Shown: positions 1 to 12,690 of the stretch, piece by piece
How positions within the stretch are numbered: the stretch's first letter is position 1
How the letters are laid out: each line of letters begins with the position of its first letter
DNA from: Octopus vulgaris
Lineage: Eukaryota
Direction: 5' to 3'
Length of the DNA: 64,000 nucleotides
NCBI GenBank assembly: GCA_951406725.2
Contig: OX597823.1
Span: forward strand, 29,016,001-29,080,000
Translations under genes and position numbers: made by a program
The notes under the pieces: model-generated
What the model was told of the DNA's origin: nothing
Database searches by the model: none
The model's input: only the letters and a program-made list of their open reading frames with translations

Positions 1-356
1 ACAAATTTTGGCACAATGCCAGTAATTTAGGGGGCAGATAGTCGATAACATTGACCCAAATACTTAACTGGTACTTATGTTATCGACTCCGAAAGGATAA
101 AAAGCAAAGCCGACGCGGCTAGAATTTGTACACAGATAGTAAAAGCACAAAGAAATGGCGTAAAACATTGTTTTCCGGCGAACAAACCATTCTACCAGTT
201 CACGGCTTTGATGTTTTGTAAAATATTCTTTTCTACTGTAGGTACAAGGCCCGATATTTTGTGGGGACGGACTAGTCGATTAGATCGGCCCTAGCACGCA
301 ACTAGTCCTTAATTTATCGAACCCGAAAGGATGAAAGGCAAAGTCGACCTCGGCAG
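1..356 (-). mobile_element. Two degraded tRNA-derived SINE copies (family A)
   Basis: Reverse complement matches the repeat GAGTTCAAATTCCGCCGAGGTCGACTTTGCCTTTCATCCTTTCGGGGTCGATAAATTAAGTACCAG seen intact at 39234 and 61349. Confidence 0.75.
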
Positions 357-707
357 AATGATGTTTTATAATAGTGAAACATTTTCTCCACGAATGTATT
401 TCAAATTCCTACGACATACTATCTGGTCTTGAGATTTATCTTCCTTATCTCATCATATGACGTATTATCAGAGTTGAAAATTAGATTCTCATGACGACTT
501 CTGACATTCAAGGAAGTTTATAGAAGGTTGGATCCTTACCTCTATGACTTACCGGATTAATGATCCAACAACTAGCCCGCCACCACCACCATCACCACTA
601 CCACTACAGCACTACCACCACAGCACTACCACCACCCCCACCCCCACCATCACCACCACCACCACCAGCACCACCAGCACCAGCATCACCACCACCACTA
701 CCTCCAC

Positions 708-776
708 TTTGGATCAGGTTAGAAACCGGCTCTTTCTCTATTGGCGAGAAATCTTGAAATAAAGCTGAACAGTGGC
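708..776 (+). mobile_element. 3' tip of the (CATA)n-associated R4/Dong-like LINE
   Basis: TTGGATCAGGTTAGAAACCGG...GAAATCTTGAAATAAA matches the 3' UTR at 3928-3990 and runs directly into (CATA)n. Confidence 0.8.
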
Positions 777-852
777 ATACATACTCATATACATACATAC
801 ATACATACATACATACATACATACATACATACATACATACATACACACATAC

Positions 853-911
<59 letters not shown>

Positions 912-1025
912 GAGAGAGAGAGAGAGTGGTTGTATACTGTCAACTTAACGTGACAGTAAGGGAATTACACCACCACCGTTTAGCCCTAGGAAGCATCGAC
1001 GCTTCCAGTCGGCCTCGACACATCT

Positions 1026-1067
<42 letters not shown>

Positions 1068-1173
1068 GCATATATAGATACAGAGATACACATACTTGTG
1101 TGTGTGTTGTGTGTGTTGTACCTGTGTGTGTTGTATGTCTGTGTGAAAAAGGCAGAGAGAGGAGCAGCGATAA

Positions 1174-1239
<66 letters not shown>

Positions 1240-1289
1240 TTTGTTTCTTTGCTCGTTCCCATATGAGATCTTCATTTCCATGGCATTTG

Positions 1290-2975
1290 AAGGCACGAGA
1301 TAACAATATTGATTATATTCTCTTCATAGTTAAAGTCACTCGTATTTATAGGGCGATGGTAAAAATGTAACACTCTCATATTTACAATTTCTTCTTTTGT
1401 ACGTTGCAGTGGAGCGGGGCGCGTAAAATTCTTCAGCATTAAACCAAATACGTTCCCTGCAAACATATTTTTCTCCCAATAAATCTGATAACTGTTTATA
1501 ACTGTGCTACTTATAGCATCGCCATAAAACAACAATATATGAACAGAAAATATGCTTACTCCACACCTTTGCACGTGAATGCCATTTTTCCTAATAATAG
1601 TCGATATTTGTGCACCTAAGATAAAAATAAAAGCAAAAATAAAAACCTCTAAAGTTTACTCAAAAATCTTAGACCAAATTTGAAGTGCCTGCAGTCAAGT
1701 ACTTTGATGCTGTGATGTCTGTTTGTCTTGCATCTAAATGGTTTTCTGTCGCTTATTATGCCATGTTTATGTTGCTTTTCCAGTTTGTTTAAAAGCCTTT
1801 TTCGTGAACACTGATAAGCCAACATAATACCCTGAGGCAGAGATTTGTATCTTACACACTTAATGAGACATAATTTCAGCTTCGGACCAGTGTTCTCTGG
1901 AAGGTTAGCGTGAGATTCAAATAATTTGTATGAAAATATCTACTAATGTAGCTTGTTGTCATTAACATGCTATTGAAATCTAAGTGTGTTATTTTAAAGT
2001 TTGAGAGCTGATTAACAATCTTATACATTAAACGATAATGAGCTAAGATAAACAACTGGGTGTTCAATGACATGTATATAAACAACAAAATCAAATACAG
2101 GCGTATCAGATACCTTATAAGATAAATTCTAGATTTATTAGATGATCCCCAGTAGTAAATAATGCGTCAGAAATATCAAATAGTTACTGAGAACAGCTCC
2201 ATATGAAAAGGAGAGTCAATCTCAAGAAGCAAGAATTTATTCAACGTTGACGTGTCGTTAAGACAAGAAAAGGTTTGCTGTCTGGAAATAATAGCACCGT
2301 CATTGACATATGTTTCTGCCTCTATAGGCGTCATCAGCATATTGTTCTATCTAACTTACAGCAACCAAGGTACCTATACTTACACAAAAAAGGTAGAGTA
2401 CATTGAAGGAGTAGTTAATTTGGATAAGTTATACAAAAATAAGCTAAGAGAAATAACTCAGAGTGGCCGGTAGTATGTATTTGAATAGCAAAAACGAATA
2501 AAAGTATATCAAATTCCATACAACATGAGTTATTGATTTCGTCAGGTCAGAGTTAGAAGACTCTTTTAAATTCAGGTGTGAGGCACAGTGATTCTAAACA
2601 TAACTGGTTATATATGTGTGTGGGTGAATTATCGTGGCGAATAGTTAACAAGTCCGTTTCTGAATCCCATGGACTTAGAATTGCTCCGACTGAGTTCCAT
2701 GCGATGTATGTGACTCTTAGCATTGTCACGGTCACCCTAAAACCTATGAAGGAAATAGGGCGAACTTGAATTACAAGTGCAACATAGGTTGCACTTGTAA
2801 TTCAAAGATATAGACTCGGCGCACATTGTGTCGATCTGATTCAGCTGAAGAACTACATTAAAAGTACATCTATCGGTAGAAATATCCGGCCGCTTACGCA
2901 CTAATGCAATGAATTCGTGAATAACTCCGTTCATAGAAAACTGAAACCTCATCATCACAATCGGTAGCGATCCAT
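1290..2975 (-). pseudogene. Highly degraded Polinton/Maverick-type PolB-associated gene relic, interrupted by a Penelope-like fragment
   Basis: Frameshifted motifs in the expected order: NGVIHEFI...QIDTMCAE (about 2930-2815), FRNGLVN/IRHDN (about 2660-2625), LLFYG..KQLSDLLG..LKNFTRPAPLQR (about 1535-1400). They resemble the region upstream of PolB2 domains; recognised by eye only. Confidence 0.4.
2301..2342 (-). ncRNA. Minimal type I hammerhead-like motif
   Basis: Minus strand: ATG CTGATGA C GCC TATAGA GGC A GAAA CATATG TC AATG. Intact core, stem II and palindromic stem III; stem I is mismatched. It lies downstream of LCLESLCLTPEF (about 2600-2565), which resembles a GIY-YIG C-terminus. Confidence 0.6.
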
Positions 2976-3222
2976 TTTGATAAATACATACATACATACA
3001 CATAGACATACGTGCCTATGTAAATACATATACACATACGTAAGTACGTACGTACATACATACATACATACATACACACATACATACATACATACATACA
3101 TACATACATACATACATACATACATACATACACACATACATACATACATACATACATACATACATACATACATACATACATACATACATACATACATACA
3201 TACATACATACATACATACATA

Positions 3223-3996
3223 CACTGAAGATATCACCCACATCATAAGCAGCTGTCCGATGAGACATGACGTTGTAGTTAGGACACTCTATAATGAAAT
3301 CCATCGGCAGGATAATCCCGAGAACAAAGAAATATAAACCCACAATATGGTAGAAGCCATAGTCACTCATAATAAAAAAAAAGGAATACTGGTGGAATGT
3401 ATGAGTGAAGACCTCAATAAAAGGTAAGCACAACTGACCCGATATAATGATTTGGGATAGAGAAGAGAGACTGTGGACTGTTGTGGAAATTAGCTGCTCA
3501 GTGGATATTAGTATAAAGCTGAAGATCAGTGAAAAAGAAAACGCCTACGCTGAACTATTGAGAAATATGCAGTTACTCTATCCAGATTACAAGTTCATGA
3601 TTAAACCTCTAATTATTGGGGCACTGGGATAAGTAACACACTACCTACATACCAATCTTGAAAAATTAGGCTTTTCAAAACCAGAAAGAAGAAAGCTAGT
3701 TCGAAGACTACAGATCCAATTCATCACTTGAACTGTAAAAATTTGTAAAACTTTCCAGAAGTTTATCAGTTAAATATATATGTGAGCATGACTAGATATG
3801 TAACTCTATGCATGAGAATGCATACCTAAAGGAAAACATACAAATCTGCACACATACCTACATGCATACCATACCATACCATACAAAAATACTCTGTTGT
3901 TCATGTTGAAATTCCAGTGAAGGAATCTTGGATCAAGGTTAGAAACCGGTTTTTTCTCTGTTGGCAAGAAATCTTGAAATAAAACTGAATAATAAC
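3223..3996 (+). mobile_element. 5'-truncated R4/Dong-like non-LTR retrotransposon (RLE domain + 3' UTR)
   Basis: EDITHIISSC..RHD (Zn-knuckle end), PDIMIWD..VVEISC..IIGALG (PD-(D/E)xK endonuclease) with stops; (CATA)n on both sides. Confidence 0.85.
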
Positions 3997-4090
3997 ATAC
4001 ATACATATATACATACATACATTCATGCATACACATATACATTCACACACACACGCACACAGACACATAAATACACGCGCACACACACAC

Positions 4091-4138
<48 letters not shown>

Positions 4139-4189
4139 TATATATGTTCGCATACATTTATATATGCATACGAGATATATACATACAGA

Positions 4190-4610
4190 TATGCTATGTG
4201 GCTACGAAACCTGAACTCTATATCGTCGCGACATCCAAAAATTAGGACAACAAAAGCTTCGTCCAATCTTCGTTCAAATGGTTACCTTATGTGATCTACA
4301 AAATCCTGGACAGAGCCAACATTCAATGTATCGAATCGCGGATAATCAAATACCGTCTTCGATGGTCAGAACATGTAGCAAGAATGGAAGAGTCAGGGTT
4401 TCCACGCCAATTTCTATTCACTGAACTTATTTCAGAAAAAAGACCATGTGATTGCACTGAAAGAAACTCTGAAATCCACCAGAATTGAACCAACTGGCAG
4501 TGTTTCATCACCATCGGATGAAAGCCACCAGAAGAGAAAAGGAAGAAATCAATCGACAGGATAGAAAGGCTCGACAAAACCAAACTTGTCCAACAACATT
4601 ATCATGCAGT
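4190..4610 (+). mobile_element. RTE-clade LINE 3' fragment
   Basis: ILDRANIQCIESRIIKYRLRWSEHVARMEESGFPRQFLFTEL matches the RTE C-terminal pattern RLRW.GHV.RM...R.P..L. Confidence 0.8.
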
Positions 4611-4737
4611 CGATGTCGTTGACTTTTCTAAGCAAAAATTGATTTACAGAGTCATCAACGCCATCACCATAGAGGAAGCGCTCTGTAAAGAAGAAAATAA
4701 ATTCTCGTATACGAGAATATATATATATCAAAATTAG

Positions 4738-4780
<43 letters not shown>

Positions 4781-5260
4781 GTATGTACGAGGCACGAGGT
4801 TTTACGGGTCTTTACCACCAAACATTGCTTGATGGAGAGGAGTGAGAAATAAATCACGAAGCGGAGCTAACTCATAAAACGACTTTACACGTTATTTCCC
4901 ATATACATTAGACTTGATTCTATGTAAGTGTTGGTAAAATGTCCGTGTGGGTTCTGCGTCACGTATAGTTTAATTGCGCAATGCGAATGCATCTAAATGT
5001 ATTCTCTTATATAAATGTATACAACCTGAATCACAGGACTGCACATTTACGAACATATGTGCACGTGTATACTGATCATTTAATGCGTAATTACAAAGCA
5101 TTTAAACGCTTATTGGTCCATGCATTCATAAAATGGCTTATATGTATGTTATACGTACACAGCTTTGAATTCAGACAAAAATGCGTTAAATCTTTGGGCG
5201 GTTAATAAATTAAAGGATATTTATCATTACTATGTGTATCATTATTAATGATATTATGCA

Positions 5261-5312
<52 letters not shown>

Positions 5313-5365
5313 GTGTGTGTATATATATATATGTATATAAATATATATATATATATATATGTATA

Positions 5366-5410
<45 letters not shown>

Positions 5411-5462
5411 GTATGTGTGTGTGTAGAGAGAGAGAGAGGGGGACGGAGAAGGAGTGACAGAC

Positions 5463-5498
<36 letters not shown>

Positions 5499-5735
5499 TG
5501 ACTGAATAGTTAGTGAGATCAGACTGTTGTTTATTTAAGCAAGGAGAGAAAGCCTTTTCACTAATGTTCAAAATGTCCACCGTAGGAGTTATTATATCTA
5601 ATGTCACTGTATTTTCTAGATGATTTCACTTAAATAATTGTCGAAATATGTTATTAAAAGACAAGCAAATAAATATGCCTCATCACACTAAACACGTACA
5701 TTATTGTCGTTGTGCCACGGATGCATTCTAATAAA

Positions 5736-5782
<47 letters not shown>

Positions 5783-6034
5783 AACATATATAATATCATC
5801 AATATAAGCAGCGGTTAATGCAACAACAATAATAGCAAGGCAGTCATTCATAACACCAGTTACGATTTCACACAGTTCTTGTGATAAATTATACATATAA
5901 TATGATATGGAAAATTATCGCGTTTGATAAATAACTTATTATGAATGCTCGATGATTGGGGATTAAGATAACAGAGATAGCTGGTCTAGGACAAATATGC
6001 TATATAGCAATATCATATGACTGATTTATATATA

Positions 6035-6139
6035 CGAGGGGTTGTATGAAAAGTCTTCAGGCTTGAAGTCTTGTAATTTCATCAGAAGTCTTGTACCATG
6101 TTTTGCTTTTTGGGGGCTCAAGACTTTACATACACCCCT

Positions 6140-6141
<2 letters not shown>
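6035..6141. mobile_element. Mariner-type MITE
   Basis: TA|CGAGGGGTTGTATGAAAAGTCTT ... AAGACTTTACATACACCCCTTG|TA; imperfect TIRs with TA target duplication. Confidence 0.7.
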
Positions 6142-6195
<54 letters not shown>

Positions 6196-6199
<4 letters not shown>

Positions 6200-6477
6200 G
6201 CAGCGTGGAAGGTGTTTATAAGCCATTTAAGAAACACACAAAAGCCGTTCGATTCACTTCAACATTTAAGTTTAATTTGTCAAAATATTTTCGTCGCTAA
6301 AATCCGCGACCTGTTCACTGACAAAAATCCGTGCTGCATCTCGGATTTTTGTCAGTAAACAGGTCGCGGATTTTAGCGACGAAAATATTTTGACAAATTA
6401 AACTTAAATGTTGAAGTGAATCGAAAGGCTTTTGTGTGTTTCTTAAATGGCTTATAAACACCTTCCACGCTACAATT
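6196..6477. repeat. Near-perfect palindrome of about 280 bp (head-to-head pLTR-like duplication)
   Basis: Arms 6196-6331 and 6342-6477 are reverse complements with few mismatches; 10-nt loop; next to (TA)n. Confidence 0.95.
6276..6325 (-). ncRNA. Hammerhead-like motif with G3:C8 core variant
   Basis: TTTGTCA GTGAACA G GTCGC GGATTTTA GCGAC GAA AATATT T TGACAAA: 7-bp stem I, 5-bp stem II, palindromic stem III. Confidence 0.65.
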
Positions 6478-6531
6478 GTTTTCGTTCGGCACACGATCTC
6501 AGATCAAATTACTTGCTATGCGAGTACATCG

Positions 6532-6601
<70 letters not shown>

Positions 6602-6744
6602 CGTGTATACATATAGGTATATGTATGTGCGTGTGTAGAGAGAGAAAGAGGGACGGAGAAGGAGTGACAGACAGATAAATAGAGGATGGATGAGTAGATA
6701 GATAGATAAATGACTTCATAAATAGATATGTGTATGTATGTGTA

Positions 6745-6882
6745 TACTCTTTTACTTGTTTCAGTCATTTGACTGCGGCCATGCTGGAGCACCGCCTTTA
6801 GTCGAGAAAATCAACCCCGGGACTTATTCTTTGTAAGCCCAGTACTTATTCTATCGGTCTCTTTTGCCGAACCGCTAAGTGA
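6745..6882 (-). mobile_element. SINE family B 3' part
   Basis: Reverse complement of the tail GGCGGTGCTCCAGCATGGCCGCAGTCAAATGACTGAAACAAGTAAAAGAG. Confidence 0.85.
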
Positions 6883-7025
6883 TTTAGTTAAATATATATA
6901 AATATATGTATTCATGTATTTTTTGTATATACTGATGTATTTTGATATACGTGTATAAAGCATAATATAAATCAATCATATAATATATATATTTATGTAT
7001 ACAATATATTTAATATACACGTGTA

Positions 7026-7075
<50 letters not shown>

Positions 7076-7080
<5 letters not shown>

Positions 7081-7176
7081 GTAAATGTAATATGTGACAA
7101 TTATTCGGTAGCCATAATAGAACTCCGAGTTTTATCATGGCTACCGAATAATTGTCACATATTACATTTGCAGATA
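7076..7176. repeat. 101-bp palindrome within (TA)n
   Basis: 50-bp arms symmetric about C7126; centre ACTCCGAGT. Confidence 0.9.
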
Positions 7177-7238
7177 AATTCCTCTATTTACATAATATCG
7201 AGGTCTCTTTCATTCTTTTGATGTCTTACCATTTTTAT

Positions 7239-7288
<50 letters not shown>

Positions 7289-7291
<3 letters not shown>

Positions 7292-7447
7292 AGTGGCTGT
7301 GTGGTAAGTAGCTTGCTTCCCAACCACATGGTCCGGGTTCAGTCCCACTGCGTGACATCTTGGGCAAGTGTCTTCACTATAGCCTCGGGCCGACCAAAGC
7401 CTTGTGAGTGGATTTGGTAGACGGAAACTGATAGAAGCCCGTCGTGT
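7289..7447 (+). mobile_element. SINE family B tRNA-like head and body
   Basis: GGAGTGGCTGTGTGGTAAG (A box) ... GGGTTCAGTCCC (B box) ... TTGGGCAAGTG. Confidence 0.85.
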
Positions 7448-7495
7448 ATATGTATATATGTGTGTGTGTTTCTGTGTATGTATGTGTGACAGAGG

Positions 7496-7535
<40 letters not shown>

Positions 7536-8237
7536 GAGACAAAGGCAGAAAGAAAGCTGCTAATTCTGCTACTACTGCTTCAAATATTGGTGCATTCTTT
7601 GTCTTCAGAAGCTGGTATTTTTAAGAATTATATATTTCGATGTGAGATGTTTCTTAGTGTTTGGATCTATGTGTGTAATACGTGTGCATGCATGCATGTA
7701 TGTATGCATGCATGCATGTATACATGCGTATGTATGTATGCATGTATGTATGTATATATGTATGTATGTATTACAATATGCGGAGACTGATAAAATTGAA
7801 AGTCAATCTCAGTTAATAACAAGAGTATTTCCCTGTATAAAGAACTTTCTAAAGAACACTAGTGTTAATCGCGTTTTCAGCTGGTCATGTCATTATATAC
7901 ATTCATACACATGTATATATATATATATATATATATGTGTATGTATATACATACGTGAGTATATGTATATGTATGTATATATTAATACATATATGCATGC
8001 ATACATACATGCATATACATTTATATATACCGTGTGTGTGTTTGTATGTGTATGTGAGTGTGTACATAAGTATATATATATATGTGTATACAAGTGTAGA
8101 CGTATATATAATTAGAGAGACAGTGAGGAATATATAGATAGATAGATAAACGATATCACCAAATTAAATCTGGTTAATACTATGCATAAATATATATATA
8201 TATATACATATATACATATATATATATATATACATAC

Positions 8238-8308
<71 letters not shown>

Positions 8309-8706
8309 TGTGTGTATGCGTGCTTGTGTGTCCGTATACACACATATATGTTCTTCGTGTATATATATGTTTTCCTGTATGTATGTATGTATGTATGTAT
8401 GTATGTATTATGTGCTTGTGCGGTGTTTACTTTTCAGTGAAATATCCAGTCTCTTCTGGTTTGTGAAATTCTCCAACACTTCAGTAATATTCCTATTTGT
8501 TGGTCAAAGCATGTCCAGCCCATTCACTAAGTGTTACAATAACAATAATTTTAATGCTTTTACTCGTCCACCATCGCAGACTACAACGTCAAGTTTCGTT
8601 AAGACTTTCTGCAATACAGACACGAAACGGTTTCGTCGTCTTCTTTCTCTCTTTTTGAATCCGGCAAATTTCCCATATATGGAATGCTCCTCACATATCT
8701 ATACCA

Positions 8707-8780
<74 letters not shown>

Positions 8781-8810
8781 ATGGTGGCGGTGGTGGTGGT
8801 GGTAGTAGTG

Positions 8811-8870
<60 letters not shown>
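8707..8870. repeat. (TAG)n/(TGG)n microsatellite
   Basis: Direct inspection. Confidence 0.95.
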
Positions 8871-9009
8871 TGCTCCATGACTAATGCCATTCTCCTCTTC
8901 TTGAGAAATAAGCATTAGTTAAGAATTTCGCCAGTGATAGGAACGATTCCATTATTGAATCTCTTCATGGCAGGTATCATTAGGAGAAAATGTCAGAAAT
9001 CCTACTTGA

Positions 9010-9925
9010 AATAGTTTTGACCGCTAGATGGCAGAAGCTGTTGAGCACAAATATACAATTGGCTTTTAGTATTAGTTAGACCACTCTTTATTCTTGGATC
9101 GTTTCCCGACGAATTTTATTCTACTTTCTCCTACTCAACGTTCCACCAAGATCGACAATGTTTTGTCACATTCTTGTTTCCGTCATTTCCGAAGACGCCA
9201 TCCATTCAAAAGAGTAATGTGCACAGATGGATAAAGTGTAAAGAATGGGAAACCAGTATTGAAGGAAAAACTACGCAAGTTGTTCAGTTGATTTGCGCGG
9301 ACAGGTGATGCATAATCTGTAAGTTTGGTGCGCAACTAGACTGCCGTCACACTACATGAGATATGATGGAAAGTGTTGGGTATCCGAAAGTGCATGATAA
9401 GTGGGTAGGTACCTTGCTAGTTGGCACTCGATTTGAAGCAGAGACGGCAGAGGTATTTTCTGATTTTCTGGATGCGTTTGGAGTTAATAAACATACGTTC
9501 TTTTGTGATCTGGTGAGAAGCAATGAAAAGGGACATATGCTCAGATCACGCAATGGACTCAAACAAATTCTCGAAGACCCAACATATTCAAGAGCCAGAA
9601 ATTGCGACAGAAAGCCTTGTTATTTAAGGAGACAAGGGCACCATCCCTTTGATTTTGTAGAACGTGACAATATCATTAACATCGTTACTTTGAGACACAT
9701 AAACTTTAGAGAAGTGATTAGGACGAGGAGACCAAAAGAAGCCGGAAAACAACCCACATTTACTATGATGTGTGACCAATCACGCACTCAACAAGTGGGG
9801 TTGCCCATTGGTCCACCCCCACAGTTCAGCCATGATCTTCACCCTACAACTTCGACCTGTTCGATCCGATATAGGACACTTTTCCTTGTCTGAGCATCCT
9901 ATTAATACTTCGCATGCACCACGTC
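9010..9925 (+). pseudogene. Degraded mariner transposase
   Basis: SNVHRWIK, ESVGYPKVHDKWV (WVP-linker-like) and a decayed HPPYSPDL-like stretch near 9810-9865; TIR-like end near 9905-9925. Confidence 0.55.
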
Positions 9926-10821
9926 CTCGTGTTGTTGTTTTTGCCTTTTTTTACTCCGTTCTTTTAAAATCAATTATATATATATATATACTTGTTACGA
10001 GTTCACATGTGTTTGAGACATATTAGAACCCTTAAGAAGGCGATGACCATTTACTGACTGTATCAAAGTGACACAGCTTATAAGAAGGCTGGCCCTTGAA
10101 ATTATGGTTAAATGTCTACGCGGCTTCCGAACAGTTTCTATTTACTCTATATCATTCACAAATATCTGTCGTCGAGAGAATCCGAAAACTGATACAAGCA
10201 TTACACGTTCTTCTCTGATCAACTTAATATTTAATAAACTGGAAGAATTTATTGTTTTACAATATAAAGAAGACAACTTCGCAATATTTACCGACATTCT
10301 TCGTTTGATGTTTCCACAAATTGTTAATTACTGACCATCAATAGAGTGAAACTGGCTTAACAGAGTAGTTTTATCACGTTCAGTAGTGTTCTTGGTGTGT
10401 GAAAACCACATTAAAATCTTCAGAGAGATTAAATACTTTTTGATTCACGGACATGTTTTTTCTTTGTTATTGTCCATATTTTATGTGTGCTTCATTCTTT
10501 GAGTTAGATCTAAGAAAAAAACATGCTGTAGAATCAACCTCTGGGATTTCAGTATTAATATATTTATGAGGCTCTTATCAACATTCATTCAGGTGAATAT
10601 CACCACTGGTTTTATGATTTGTGGTATTTCGTGTTTATTTATCATTGCGACATCTTATCAACAATTCAATATCGTTTCATCATCTCAGAAATAAGTTTTT
10701 AAAAATCGAATTCTTTATTGTTTTCTTTTTTTTTCATTTTAATTATGAAGTAATTAGTTTGTATCAACATTTCGAAAATATTTAATGAAGGAATGTAAAT
10801 TATATTTTAATTTATTGAATA

Positions 10822-11222
10822 GGCGCAAGAGTGGCTGTGTGGTAAGTAGCTTGCTTACCAACCACATGGTTCCGGGTTCAATTACACTGCGTGGCACCTT
10901 GGGCAAGTGTCTTCTATTATAGCCTCGGGCCGACCAGAGCCTTGTGAGTGGACTTCCTAGACGGAAACTGAAAGAAGCTCGTCGTATATATATATATATA
11001 TATACATACATATGTATGTGTGGGGGTGTTTGTCTGTGTTTGTCCCCCATCATCACTTGACAACCGATTTTGATGTATTTACGTCCCCGTCACCTAATGT
11101 TTCAGTAAAAGAGACCGATAGAATAAGTACTAGGTTTGCAAAGAATACGTCCTGGGGTCGATTTGTTCGACTAAAGGCGGTGCTCCAGCATGGCTCCAGT
11201 TAAATGGCTGAAACAAGTAAAC
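10822..11222 (+). mobile_element. Full-length SINE family B
   Basis: tRNA-like head, CCTTGGGCAAGTG core, internal (TA)/(TG) microsatellite, LINE-like tail GGCGGTGCTCCAGCATGG. Confidence 0.9.
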
Positions 11223-11340
11223 TAATGTAGAGACTATTTTGTTATGGTTATTTCTATAGAAATTATATAGCCAGCATTGATTTTTTACTGCAAAGTTTTG
11301 TATCGAGAAACAAACAATGAGATCGAAGACAAAAATGGGG

Positions 11341-12690
11341 ACGTCTCGATACGAAACGTTGTAGCCAGAAAAATGAGTTCTGGCTATAATTTCTGCAGAA
11401 ATAAACTTAAATAAATAATGTAAAGAGCACTGCTAACGCAGTAGGACGTGACGTTGACTCATAAAAATATTTTATATAGTTTATAGTAATATTGTGGTTC
11501 ATTAACGAAATATCCCGTAACTGAAAGTCATTAATGTCTACATACCAGTTCCTGAATGCGTTTAATATGTAAATTGGTATATCCAATAACATAACGCCGT
11601 TGTACGCGGTGGCTATGTAAGCAAAGCAATGTATACGGAATCGAGAATAGGTTTCATGTGAACTGATGAAGGGGTAAAACCTACCGAAATATGTATGTAC
11701 ACTCATTGCTCATTTTTATCGCTAATCTCATTGTTTCTTTACATCTCGTCTCGATGCGAAACGTTGTAACAAAAAATGGCTATAATTTCTGTGGAAACAA
11801 CCTTACAAAATAATGTGAAGAGCACTGCTAACACAGTAGGATGTGATGTTGACTCATAAGAACATTTAATATAATTTATAGGATATTATCGTTGCATAAC
11901 GAAATACCACGTACCTGGAAGACATTAATGTCTACATACCAGTTCCAGGAATGCGTTTAATATGTAAATTGGCATATCCAATAACTTAACACCGCTATAT
12001 GCTGTGTCTATATAAGCAATGTGATCGGGGGAGAGAGTAGGTTAGATAGCTGCTGGTGAAGGGGCAAAAATATACACATACACACATTATCCACTTTTGG
12101 CTCCGATCTCATTGTTTGTTTACATCTGACGTCTCGATGCCAAACGTTGTAACAAAAAAAAAATGGCTATAATTTCTGTAGAAATAGCCTTAACAAAATA
12201 TTGTAAAGAGCACTGCTAACACAGTAGGACGTTGCGTTGGCTTATAAAGACATTTAATATAGTTTATAGTATAACTAGCAGTATCGCCCGGCGTTGCTCG
12301 GGTTTGTAAGGGAAATAACTATAAAGGATTTTTAGAGAGTTATAGCCAAAAAATAGCAAAAAATGCATTAAAAATGGAAAAAAAATTATGGTAAATTTTT
12401 TTTTAAATCGTTGACTCATCGTAAACATTAAAATATACATTAAAATGGAAAAAAATGATGGTAAATTATTTTTAAAATCGTAGACTCATCGTAGACGCGC
12501 GCTAATACCCAGAAGGGCTCGATATGAATCACGACTATAAGATACCCGAATTTGGTTAAACTGCACCGCAAAATGTGGGAGTAGTTAGGAATCTAAATCG
12601 AAGGGGACAGACACTCACACAACTACAGTTTTATATATATAGATATGGCTGCAGAACGAAATACCGCGTACCTACAAATCATTAATACGT
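11341..12690 (+). repeat. Diverged tandem repeat of about 385-405 bp (about 2.5 units)
   Basis: Units start GTCTCGAT.CGAAACGTTGTA at about 11343, 11748 and 12131 and share GGCTATAATTTCTG and AGAGCACTGCTAAC; unit 3 is split by a Helitron. Confidence 0.85.
12275..12643 (-). mobile_element. Non-autonomous Helitron
   Basis: Minus strand starts A|TC and ends with hairpin CCCGAGCAACGCCGGG, then CTAG|T; no TSD; homolog at 47411. Confidence 0.85.

Noticed and set aside
5425-6677. About 40-bp direct repeat GGGACGGAGAAGGAGTGACAGACAGATA at about 5439 and 6650
   Set aside because: Short and embedded in microsatellites; no element boundaries or TSD logic could be established.
9363-9893. 176-aa ORF as a host gene
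   Set aside because: It is a patchwork of frames from a decayed mariner transposase.
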